Below, in pieces: positions 27,170 through 39,537 of a stretch of 64,000 bases of DNA. Every line of letters starts with the position of its first letter. Within the stretch, counting starts at the first letter, position 1. This DNA comes from Sphagnum compactum (Eukaryota), in contig OZ234493.1 in assembly GCA_965153455.1 (NCBI GenBank), positions 11,026,213 through 11,090,212 on the forward strand, read 5' to 3'. The position numbers and the translations under genes are program-made. The notes below the pieces were generated by a model. The model did not search any database and was not told the origin of the DNA. It worked only from the letters and a program-made list of their open reading frames with translations.

Positions 27170-27550
27170 GGTTTAAGGAAAACCAAGGGGAAGGCGCCAT
27201 TAATTGATTATAGTTAATCTCATGTGCTCACTGTGGATGAATATTTGAACATTTTACAAAGGAAGATAATTGAAAAGGAAAATTTAGAGGAAATAAGGAA
27301 TCAAAGAGTAAGGAAAGGGAAGAAAAGGAAAATACGAAGATTATTGATGAGGGATTACAGTTGATCAAGCAAAACAAAGGTCAAGAGAGAAACATGCAAA
27401 CCCAAATTAATTCAAACCCAAAAAAGGATTTTTATGGATTTTTTATTTGCCAAAAATGAGCCATTTAACTTGCATCTATTCCACAGGAAGAGGGGCGGAA
27501 AAAGTGGAGCTTTTGCTTGCTATTGAAACCAAGAACACACGAAAATGAAT
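27170..27550 (+). mobile_element. Additional 3' fragment of the same pogo element
   Basis: AAGGAAAACCAAGGGGAAGGCGCCATTAATTGA...GAGAGAAACATGCAAA repeats 25360-25586, then jumps to sequence matching about 26240-26380. Confidence 0.75.
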
Positions 27551-30478
27551 GGAAGTAACACCAATTGTAAGGAGCATCTCATTAACATGGGAAAATGCCA
27601 TTGGACAAGATATCCCAATTAGATCACATATTTTGCTACCTTTTGATATTTTCATATCTTTTTAATACCTTTTTGAACATTTGGTCTTGGTTAGTAGTTA
27701 TGTGTTTCATAACCTGTAAGCTTGGCGCTTTCATACAATTCGTTATGTCAAGTAACCTTAGTGCTCTTGCTAGTTACTTAGTACATGCTTTCATATAATT
27801 GATTATGTCTAGTAACCCTATTGCTATTGCTAGTTACCTAGTTTATGTCAACATGAATATTTTGGTAAGGAAGTAAGTTCTCATTATAGTGGTGTTTGGT
27901 GTTTAGTTGGTACTTGCTTTGAATCAAATTCATGAGAAAATGTGGCTGCCTAGGTCCTATAGAAGAATCATATTAAAAATCTTGCACAAAAAACAATGTC
28001 CACATGATCACAAAGTGACATGCCCTTTTGGGCGAGACCAAAAGTGGGTTCACCTGATGGGTCACATGCCAGGACTAGGATGGGGTGGCCCTCATGTCAG
28101 CATGGGTGGAAGGATTTGAATGTCAATCCGGGTCTCAACTCCCAATGTGATAAGTTGATGCTTAACATAACGGTGTGTTAAAATAGGTGGAGGTGAGGAG
28201 GGGCTTTGACGTTTCTCTAAAATGAGTCTAAGTGTTAGACTTGCGGTTGGGTTTAGGGATAGAATTGGGGGACTTAGGACAATGAAACCTTGAACTATTT
28301 GGGAAGTCTACATTTGGGTTGAGTCCCTTAAAGGGGAGGGAAAAACTTATGTTAGTGAATTGGTCCAAAATTGAAATTTCAGATGGGAAATTTATTGGCA
28401 CGTGGTTTGGCCAGTGTCCAGGTGAATTATAGTTGTTTTAGGAAGTCGAAGAGTGTGGGGATGCACTGAGGGGCATTGGGGGTGAAATAAAAACACTTGT
28501 TTACACAAAGGAATTTGCAAATTCACTCCTTGCACACACTATCCTGTAGGAAAACAACACACAAATATTATTTTATCAAATTAGCAGTTGAGAGATAGTT
28601 CAAAATGACATCCCTATTCAGCCATCAATATCCACCAACATGGAACATCTTCCCTCTTCATGCACATATGCACAATATTCGATGGCCCTTGGCTGTATGC
28701 TTGAAAGTTATATAACACAGAACTTTCCATCATACATGTTCTATACCACCATGCAATTAACCAATGTAGTTGGAATTGCTTATTTCATGATTTCAAGAAT
28801 TACGTCATAAAATTCTGAATTTTTTGCCATTAAACAAGATTGATTCTAGGAAAGTTGCACATAGATGACAACTGGCTTAAGCACATGTAATGATGACATT
28901 GAACATCAATATTGTTAATGTGGTCTCCCCTTTGTAACTATAGCAGAACCATGTTTTATTCAAAACATAGGTAGTCCCATGAGAACCCATTGATTGTTAC
29001 CTAACATCAAGTGTATCTAGGTCATTAGCTTTGATCGAAAGCTACAAATGCTTAATGACAAGACCATACATCACGTACATGTTTGCAAATGTTTGCCACA
29101 TGTTATAAGGACAAATTGTAACTAGGAAGTTAAAGCTTATTTTCCACAAACTTGTGGTTAAGTGTAGGGTGAAAGTATCCTTGGGTGGTACCACTAGGAA
29201 CCACCTCAAGGAATAAAAAAGGAATAGAAAATTACCAAATCATTTTCCTAGGCCCTTTACTTTAAACGTTTTCACAACTATATATATTTTTTCATGTTTA
29301 TTAATTGCATGCATTAATATATGGTTTAAATTTTTTTTTGGAATTTTTTTTGAAATTGTTAATTATTATTATTTTTAAAATTAAAATGGCCCTTTCATAA
29401 ACTAATAGCCTTAAATTTGGAAATTCATAACTAAATTATTCATATTCAATTAATTTCCTGATAAAAACCTAAAAATAGAATGACTTCCAAATTTGCCTAA
29501 CTTGGTTTTTTTGTGATTACATGAACTTCATTCTACCTTTGAAATGTTGATAATTGGAAAAAGTCTACTTCCTCATGCCTATCTCTTGATTTGTTTGTTT
29601 TCAAAATTCAGCTATGTTGTTTAACCAAAAACAAAAATTGTACAATCCCTCTCCCTTTGAATTGGGTGCAAAAATTAGTGCAAATAACATATGAGAATGT
29701 GGGTTTCAACTTTCCTTTAAGGCTTCTGCATTAGGTGCTTAATACTAATGAGTTCATTTTAGATTTATCATCATCCAAGAATCTTTGAAATTGAAACCAA
29801 GGAAATGGTTTTTCTTCATTGTGCCTTTGCAAGTTGTCCAATTTTTAGAGCATTGTGACTAACCCATGATTCATACCTTCACATGACTTGGTGCACTAAC
29901 TTGCAAGTGTTTACTTAATTTGCAAAACTGGATTAATTTGTTAAACATATTGTCAACTTAATGGAAAGGACCACATGACAAAGTAAAGTTCAATCAAGGA
30001 TTTTACAAAGGACAAACCTTTCTTGTGGCTGAATAAGAACCAACTCTTTGGATTCAATGTGGGTTGTACAAGCCTAGCCTTTTTTTACTGGATGATGTTG
30101 AACTCCATTCGTATTCAAAATTCAAATGCAATCTTCCTTCCCCAATGTTAAATGGAAGGAATGCTACCAATAATGTGGAGGAGAGGTATAAGGTCCACAC
30201 ATAACAATCCTGTTAGTGAAGAGAAGGGGGGTGTTAATAGAGTATTTCATTTCCCTTTTGTATTATAACTTTTATATTGAAAATTACCTTTGGATCAAAG
30301 GTTGACCTCTTGAAAGAACATTGTTGTAATGAGACACATATAATCCACCTTTGAAAATGAACATTGTTGCCATAGATGCACATAACCCACCTTTGAAACA
30401 AAACCTTGGAATATATAGGTGACCTCCCTAGAGATCATTTTTCTAAATATGCATATAACTAACCTTTGAAAGATTGTT

Positions 30479-31394
30479 TGTCGTAACTCTAGCCTTGGGC
30501 TCACAACCAAGGCAAGGGCTTGCAAAGGTGTGGGCCAAGAGTGAAGCCTTGGAATCACATTTCGTGCTCCTAAGAGTGTGGGGGAGTGTGAGGGAATGAA
30601 CCCCCACACTCCCAAATGAGTTTGCACTTTGGGAGTTGGAGTCCTGATGGACTCCCAAATTTTCAAAGGGCGATTGTAGGGTTCAAAACTCATTGGATTG
30701 AAGAGTTCCTTATATCATTGAAAATATCTTGTAACTTAGATGTTTAAAATGGGCTGGCATGCCCCATTTGGGTATTTATAACATAAGTTAGTGGCAAAAG
30801 AAGGGTTAGGAGTCAAATTGTTAGTTTGATTCTTAGCGACTAAAAGTTGGGAATCGCCCAATTTACTTATGTGAAGGTGGCGTGCCACATATTGTTGGAA
30901 AACTTTCGACGAAGGCGACAACTTTTCTTCAAACCTCACCTTAGTTGGAGATTTGTACAAGTAGTTATGGACCTCCAAACTTGTGGAAGTACCCATTTTA
31001 GGAAATTCGGGACTCCCACCTTGGGAGTCTTGGGACAAAATGACATTTGAGTGTAGGCCCCCTGACAAGGCACAAAGAATACTATAAGGGGAAAGGTGGT
31101 GCCTTCTCCTAAGTCCGGCCGTGGTGAGTCTTGTGAATTCGTATTTGCTCGTGCCTCGTCCGTGCACCAAAAGTGCTCCAACTATGCACTAACCAACGTG
31201 TTGTTTGGTTTGTGTAGGTCCGTGTGAATAATTGACTTGCTTGTCACTCATTTTAGTCTTCATCTTGGAGCTCTAGCACGCCCCTCTACCATTGAAGTGT
31301 TGCGAGCCAGGGAGCATGCCCCAACCTCTTATCGTTCTGCTGTTTTCACCTTAGGTTCACATTTGAGTCTATCAAAGAGCTTGGGAGTGCGTTA
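30479..31394. mobile_element. Solo LTR (916 bp) with 5-bp TSD TTGTT
   Basis: TTGTT|TGTCGTAACTCTAGCCTTGGGCTC ... GAGCTTGGGAGTGCGTTA|TTGTT; termini TG...TA (decayed CA). The flanks rejoin as a short repeat array. No gag/pol nearby. Confidence 0.8.
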
Positions 31395-34300
31395 TTGTTG
31401 CCAATTGCCCACCTTCAAATGCAATGTTGTTACAAAATGCATGTAACCCACCTTTGAGAAAAGAATATTGTCACAAACATGAATAATGTTTCAATATGTG
31501 TAGTTGAATTCACATATGAAAAATATCAACATTGCAAAAATGGATAGAATACCCCTCCCCTTCTTTGGAAAGTAAACTTACCATTGTTTATGGTTTCAGG
31601 AAGAAACTCTTTATCATTATGTCAATTTCATCAAAGTCTTTCTTTCAACACACTAATAAAAAATAATAACTTGTGAAAGTATGTTGTAAACTATATTTGA
31701 ATTTTTTTCTTTTCATGGTGCAAAAAAGTTACATTAAATTACCACCTCCATATAATGAGAGAATGATTACTTTAAATGAACTACTATTTCCATGAGTACA
31801 ATTTGTATGTAAACCCAAAATTTCAAGTTCCCTCTTTTTTAAAAGCTTTGTTGCAATGTTTGAAAAATAGGTAGCAAATGTGTCAATGTGAGTAGTTGGT
31901 GGAGAAACTTCGAGTAAATTTGACCTATTCTAAGGCCCATTCAATCAACAAGTATTGCATTGATGGGATTCTATGTGGTACTTCCTAGTTGTGCATTGTG
32001 TGACAACATGGGTGAGTTTTAATTCTAAACATGGTTATCCATCTAGTTCTATATTACATGCCTCACAATCATTTTCAAGAAAACCGTAAAGATACTTCAA
32101 CCATTGTAATCCTACATTTTCAAATAAATTGCTACCTATAAAAGTAAGAACAACATGATGAATGGCTGAGATTTGGACCTAGAAAGACCAATCCCTTATG
32201 CTTAAATATAAATCCATTCAATTTGCATGTCTCCATATTCATAAGTTTATGTTAATGTTTAGGGTAATGGAGATTCCTATCCAAACTTGGACATTTTAAA
32301 GTTGTTCAATTTCCCCCATTTTTCGCTCTTTCTATTATAAATAATGAGAACCAAAATATTTACTCCAAGAAATCTAAAACAACAACACCACTAGAGTTGG
32401 TAGCCCCGACTAAAGAACCCATGCAAACCTAATTGGAACAATTCGTTGTCATCTAGGACCAAACACCAAAATGTGCAATACCTAAATGGAATTGAAAACT
32501 CAACCTGTTGGTTTGCATTATCATAATACCATACTATCTTCCAAATTGGTTGTTCCAATTTGGAAGGTTTATGGTTTTTTTTACTAAATATAAATATTTT
32601 TGAACTTTTGAATGAATTTGTGATATCATTTAAGATTATTGAGTTTACAATAAAGGAAAACTAGAGAAAATGGCGCAAAATGATCAATCTACAATATGCC
32701 AACTTAATCATTTTCAACCAATTCTAGGTAATAGATGACCATACCCTAATTGATGATAAAAACATTTTTTCAATGCTATATTTGCTTAGTTGGTGTCTCA
32801 TCACAGTGTAAAATATTACTAGATTGAGAACTAATGAATTTTGAAAAGCTCATCAATAACCTAAACTAAAGGGGATTGGCATTCGAACCCTACCTAATAC
32901 CTTGCAATAGTGATACTTATACTTACCATGGACAAACTTGTGTATATTTGTGTCCCATTTGGTATGCAATGTTGGTGGATGCCCAAACAATTTTATCAAA
33001 CGTTTTACTATAATCATGGTCAAAATGCACATGAATTTTTAGACCCAAAAATCTAATTGTTAATAAGATTATGATTTTATGGACATGAGTTTCTAGCATT
33101 TGTGTGGAAAAAGAGCCTATAAAATGTGGTGGTTTTCTTGGAAGGTGGCATTCAAGGTCTGAAAATGTTGGACTCCAACAATTGAAAGCTAGACGTGTAA
33201 CATGGTTATAAAAGTTAGACTCTGCATGTTCAAATGGGTTTTTGGATGGAAGGAATGAGAGGATGAATGGGTAGGGCAAAGGCCCAAGGGACGTTCGCAA
33301 ATGTGCATGAGTGGGAATGTCCTCAATTTTAAAGGACGACCTAAACATACCAAGATCCCCGGGCCTAAGAGGGGGAGCGTTCTTAGGCCTACACCTTGAG
33401 AATGGGAGGGATCTGATGGATTCCAATCTGGATTGTGAAGGTCTTAATTATATGTTTTGCAAGAAAGTTCTCCAATTTTGTGATGTCACCAGGTTGGTGA
33501 TCATCCATAAGCCAATTTGGCTATTAACAAGATATGAAGGGAAAAACATTTGAACATCCTTATATATCACTGGCTACCCTACATTAACCGTCTATACAAA
33601 TCTGATGATTCTTCCAGATATTTTTGAAATTCTTTTCATTTTTTGGCATTAAAAAAAATTCATTGAATTTGCAGGCGACATCCATGGCGAGGCTTGACGT
33701 GCGAAACATGCAGATTTGCTTCACTCTGACGGTCAACAAACAATCTATAAATTAAACAACTTCCCTCTCTTCTCCGGAAGTCGCCGCAGATCGACAAAGT
33801 TTTGTTTTCTGCGGATCTGCACGTACATGTAGATGAAGAAGGAGGCGCTTTCTTCTCCCCGAAAATCAGCAAAGCCATCTCCTGATTTCCGGGGTCAATT
33901 CTGTGGCCTAAGGGTCAAACCTTTGAGCAGGATAGGTACCTTGGTGCTACTTCTTCTAGTATATCTTGTGGGCTTTGGGATGAGCGTTGAGAATCCTTGC
34001 AGCAGTGGAATCCCTTAATCCGGTTCCCATGTTCCTCTGCAGTCAGGGTTTCTCAGAGTAGTGGATCCTCTTTGCATTCTTGGAGGAAGGATTGCATATT
34101 TTCTTTCCTCCTTCCTGTGAATTCTCTAGCTCTGAAGCTTCACTTTTACAGCAGGGAGGTTTTAGTCAGAAGAGTTCAGTTCTTTCCAGATAACCAAGAA
34201 GCAGGGTGCTTGAATCAAGGCCTCTTCTCCATGTTTTATTCTTCTTTCCTCTAGACAATGATCATCTTGCAGGAGTGGGAGTATGTGCCTCGTACCTAAC

Positions 34301-37300
34301 CATTTCTCATGGAAGGACACAAATGGACGTCAAGTTTTAGGGTTTGTAAATCCTTGAAGAAATCTCTCTCAGTATGACAGTCTAAGAAGATGGCTTCTTC
34401 AGTGGTATATTGCTCGCTCTGGCACATCACTTGTAAATGTTTATTACTGCAGTCTGCTGATTGAAAAGTGCTGGACACTCAGAACCTTGAAATTTGTGTA
34501 CCATGAAGACTTTTGCTCCTTTGAGGTGGGCTTTCCTCAACACTTCTGGTTTGCAGCAGGATTTCCTCAGGCCTGAATGCATGAACATTTTGTTTATGCA
34601 ATTTTTTGTTTATATGTGCCACGGGCATTTCTCTCTCAGTGAGTATGTGATCATGCTAGACATTGATCTGTGCAGGAAGATCCCTGGACACGACAAATGT
34701 ACAAAGTGGACATGCAATCAGCAAAGAGTTTCCCTCTGGTACCCTGCTTGACCTCCTTTCCAACTGATGATAGTTTTCTCCTGGAAAACACAATCACATC
34801 TGTGGTTTATGTTCTGTTGGCAAGTAGCCTCTGTGTCCGCAATTGTCATGAGATACCAAGATATAAAACATTTGAATCCAGATTCACTATCTGTTTGTTG
34901 GTTTGTCTGTTCTAAGAGCATCAATATGTGGGTGGAGCAGTTCATCCAGCACACAAATCGTGTGAACAGATATACTGGGAAAGGAATTTTGAGCATGTGC
35001 AAATGGTACGAGACTGAGTGTCAGTGCACGGCATGGGATTGGGATTTGTTGATATGGCAAAGAGGAAGGTTAAATGGTGCAGACTGTGATTTTTTCTTCC
35101 AATGTTGGCTGGCTGTGATCATCAATATTTTCTTGGATGTCAGAGAACATGTTGTATGGCCTGTAGAGGGCCCCAATAGTGTTCCGATGCATTTCTTTTG
35201 CAAGTGTTGTTTCCAGCACAATATTTAGGAATGTACATTGAAGTGCCTGGTCTCGCCACAGTGAAATGATTACATCACTGTGACCAACTAGAGCGGAGTT
35301 GCATAGCTGAGAAGGCTTCAGTAGTGGATCTTTTGTGATGATTTGCATCAGAGTTGTAAAAGCTTTGGTTATGCAATAAGTAAGCAAATTAACTTCATGG
35401 GGTCCTATGATGTCAACTGTTTCCTGTCAGGAAAACTGAACCTCATAGTAAGACAATAGTAGAATGATGTACGTGCCAAATGGTAATTGACAGAATGTAG
35501 GTTTGAAAATGTGTATTGCTCCAGGGAGGCGAAAACAAGTCTGATAACATCATATTTCTTACATGACAATAAAGCGGAATAGAGCCACACTTTCTTCCCT
35601 CAAGGGATTCAATATGGTACATGTAAGTACATGCACTGATGTACATATTTTGTGGGAACTATTGACAAACAATTGTTTTTCACAGTCCGGAATATGGGCA
35701 AGAGATCTTACAGCTTGAATATCTAGTTGGAGAGCACTTTCAAACAGACTGGTAACTTTGAATATCAGGAGTCAACTAGGGTTTCTGATCTTGATTTCTA
35801 GAGATTCAAATCTCATATGCGCAAAATGCTTTGTTTTGGTTGGATGTGGTATGAGTTCTAGCAATTCGCAAACTCTGAATTGACCTGTGCCCTGAGGTTG
35901 GAAGCAATTAACTGATGTTGTCAACTAGTAGCTCGATCTCCCTGCGTGCTCATTGTGGCTTCAATCTTCTGCAGCTTTGTGCTTTGTGGTTCTGGTATCA
36001 TAGTTGCAATCTATATAGCATCATTTTAAGTTTCATATGTGCCATGGCTCTGGCAGTTGTAGAATTGGAGTGGTTGATGACACTAAGTTTTTTAGCGACC
36101 CAGCTCATGCAGCATGTATAGGTGGTTCTCCATGGGATTGTTCTGGGTGTAACTAGTAGGTTTTCCTACCATGATCTTCTGCAAATTGAGAATATAGAGG
36201 TTTTAGGTTAGGTATGCTTGGTCTGAAATTTGTTGGAAAGCTTTGGTAATGGCTTGCCAAGTCATTGGTTTAACAGTTGGAAGTGATATTTTTTTCTCTA
36301 AGTCTAGCAAAGTTGCAATATGGAGCTCTTCAGGGACTCAGTATTTGGAAGGGTCCTTGCACAAGTTTCTTGATGATTCGCTGTAGTGAGTTGGAAGACT
36401 TTGACCGAGTATAGCAAAATATTAATGTGGCAGAGATCTGAGCATTCTGCAGATAAAGCTAAATATAGCATCATGGCCAAACTTGCTCAATTTGGTACCC
36501 GCATCATTGTGGACACCCATGCGGATTTTGATCATCTTACTATTTCTTATTGGAATCTGGAACACAACACTGAATATGTACTTGGAGATCAGGAGAGATC
36601 CAATGTTTGAGTTGAATAAGCCTCAACCTTGGTGCAATAATTCAACCTGTTTACTTATCCCAAGTCCTGGGGGAAGTGTTCTCAATTCCATTTTGCTCCT
36701 TCCCTGCAGATAGAGCTAATTAGAGGAGAAAGCAGTGACAAATGGATTGGTGATACATGATCATGCTTGGTTGGCAGACACAGGATAACTCAAAATATTT
36801 TTTTCATGCTGAAGCACCATGCAGCTAATGCAATTCCAATTTATTCAGCTTTCCCTTTTTCAGAAGCATGATGTTGTGAAGGGGAATGGTGCAGATGCAC
36901 AACACAAAGCATGGGTCCAAACAACCAAACACACTCTAGTACACGAGAGAAGCATGAATACTCCACTTTTCAGAACATGGTTTGAAGAGTATGATTTTCC
37001 TTGTTACAAGAGCTATAAAAGCTATGTTCAGGCTATATATTCCATCTGCACATTATAGAAATGAAATCACAGCCAATTCTTCAAAGAGATTCCTAGACTA
37101 GGATTCATGAACTTTTGTTTTGTGCTTGATGCCTCCCAATTACAATACAATAGCTTTTGAGTGTGCAATGAGTAACATTGCCATTCCTCATGCGAATGGT
37201 GACTATGCTTATGCATCTTTTGCCATGTCTCAGTACTATGATGATATGGATGTTCAAGGACCATGTTCCATTGTGCTTGAGTTCTATTATTTGCTCCTCT

Positions 37301-39537
37301 GAGTCTCAACTATGAGAAGCAGGAGGACTAAAAACTCAAGATCCTCATAGACATTGGAGAAAGGACTTTTTTGCATTTCCTTGGTTCATTAGAATGCCTC
37401 TTCAAGTTACCTCATGTGCCACTTGAGCCATCAAACACATCCATCCTTGAGAAAAATTTCTCAACCACATTTAAGTGTGGGTGTTGCATCCTTGCTCGTG
37501 GGCATTTCCATACATTGGTTGGAACTACTATATCCATGCTTGAATCCTACAATTATTCAATTAACATTGGAGCTGAAATGAAACCACCCCTATGAGTAAC
37601 AATGAATCCTCTATCCTTATTGTCACCACTCCCTTATTGTCATCACTGATTTCTATCTCGTTTTGTCTTCCCTTTGTTCTCATTTGGTGACCTATGAATT
37701 CTCCTTTGAAAGCACTATTCCTTCTCCTAAGCTTTTTCAGTCATATATGCACACATCATTTTTGATGGCTTTGCAAGCTGCCCATGGCGGTTGAGGAATA
37801 AAGCTTTTCTCTTGGTAGGCCATATGGACTTCAATGGGACCCTTGACAAACTCTTGCTTGAAGTGTTATGTCACCTTTGAAAAACTTACAGCAACAGTTT
37901 GTGCCATTGTTTTTATTGCAGTCCAGCATGCCAAAAATACTTGCCAAAATACCATTTGTAACTTTCAGGAGCAAGTGAACTCCATGTATCATAAGTACTC
38001 AGAAATACAACACTAGAAATGTACATAAACATGCTGAAATCACAACTAGGATTGCATATGAATCAAGGGGTATGGAGAGTCAAGTACCTTGCACTTCCCC
38101 CATTGTTTTGGTATCCAACAGTTTGTTTGTAGCCATGTAAAAGCTGAGCTGCATCCAGGGTACATGCTTCCACTAGTGCTTCAAAAAATCAACCAAAATG
38201 TAATCAGGTTGAAAAACATTCAAACTGGGAGAAAACTCTCTTAGAGAGCTAGCATTCCCCTACTTAGGAGAAATCAACTCACTTGAGCTAGCACATGAAT
38301 AAGGTTAACCAAGTCGTTAACTTAATGGATTGTGTAGAACTCATTTCTGACCTGAATAACAAAGATTATCAAGTTAGAGGATTAATAGCAACATGTGTTG
38401 TAGCACTGATGTGTGCATTATGTTCATCCTGCTCTTGTTTTCCATCGCTATTCAATAGTCTCATTACATGTGCTTTAGGGAACAAATATGGCTCTTAGCT
38501 AAACAGAAACCCAAAAACAATGTTAATAGACAAGCCATTGATGCACATGCAAATTGTTTGTCATGAGACTCACCATTGCCTTCCTTTCCATCCTTGGCCT
38601 GAATTTAAAACACTTCCTGTTTGACCTAATTCAAGGAACAAGCATGGCCCTCACCTAAGCTTAGACTTAAAAAATAATGACAATAGACAACCCACACTAC
38701 CGAGGCATACCTAGAGCACAATTCACAGCTGTTGCAAAAACAATGTAGCCCAATTTCTTGATGACCTACTTCACTTCTCCAAAAAACACTTTCAGGTTTG
38801 TTTTCACATAGGGTCTCAACTTTCTTCATTCAAATTTGTTTTGGCTTTTCATTACCTTAAATGCCACACAAGAACTTCATTGTACATTCCAAAGACAAAA
38901 TTTAAGGCATGACAAGAACACCTCGAGTGAACTCCATCAGCACATATCACCATGTTGTTTTCACACTCTTGTTCAGCTAACTTATCAAGCCTTCTTACTG
39001 CACCATAAAAACATTATTTTTAGGAGCAAAATACCATCAAAACCCATAAAAACTACAAATACTTGTTGGGTAACTAAAAATTCGTTTCTCACAAAGTTGT
39101 CATGTAGCATCTATGAATATCAAATCTCAAGTTGAAAACTCCAAATGCTTTGTACTAAAACAAAGATGAATTGATGTGGTGATGAGAGAAAAAAAGGGGA
39201 AACAATTGATAACACACAAATAGGAAAATGGATATGAACAGTGTTACATGATTCAAAGATTATAGCTTTGTTTTTGGTCATAAAGAAGGATGTTACCACC
39301 ATGTACATATATTGTGTAGAATTGTCCATGTAGTAGACCTACAATACTATATTGTGATGTTAAAGTATCAAAAAGAGACTATGTGATGTGATGAGCCCCT
39401 TATACTAATGATCTTGTCATGCAATTTTCAATTGTTCTACTCTTGAAATCGAAGCCTCAAAACTATTTGGTTAATCTTCCACATGTGCAAGATATGAAGC
39501 TAAAAACCTAGGTTTCCCTGAAGTAATACTCTTTGTG

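Larger units (their letters stand above)
7910..28000 (+). repeat. Segmental duplication copy 1 (paralog of about 33670-64000)
   Basis: Starts TGCAGACGACATCCATGGCGAGGCTTGACGTG, versus TGCAGGCGACATCCATGGCGAGGCTTGACGTG at 33670. Colinear paralogous ORFs throughout. 27555-28000 matches 63555-63990. Confidence 0.93.

Noticed and set aside
29167-29700. Fourth GGGTGAAA-type element starting near 29167
   Set aside because: Only a left-end-like motif; no matching right TIR or TSD found.
30295-31446. ORFs of 67-144 aa
   Set aside because: They lie in or across the solo LTR and show no gag/pol motifs.
32923-33426. 167-aa ORF with DYSKTFDKIVW, reminiscent of a LINE reverse transcriptase motif
   Set aside because: A single weak motif with no other RT motifs recognisable; not enough to call.
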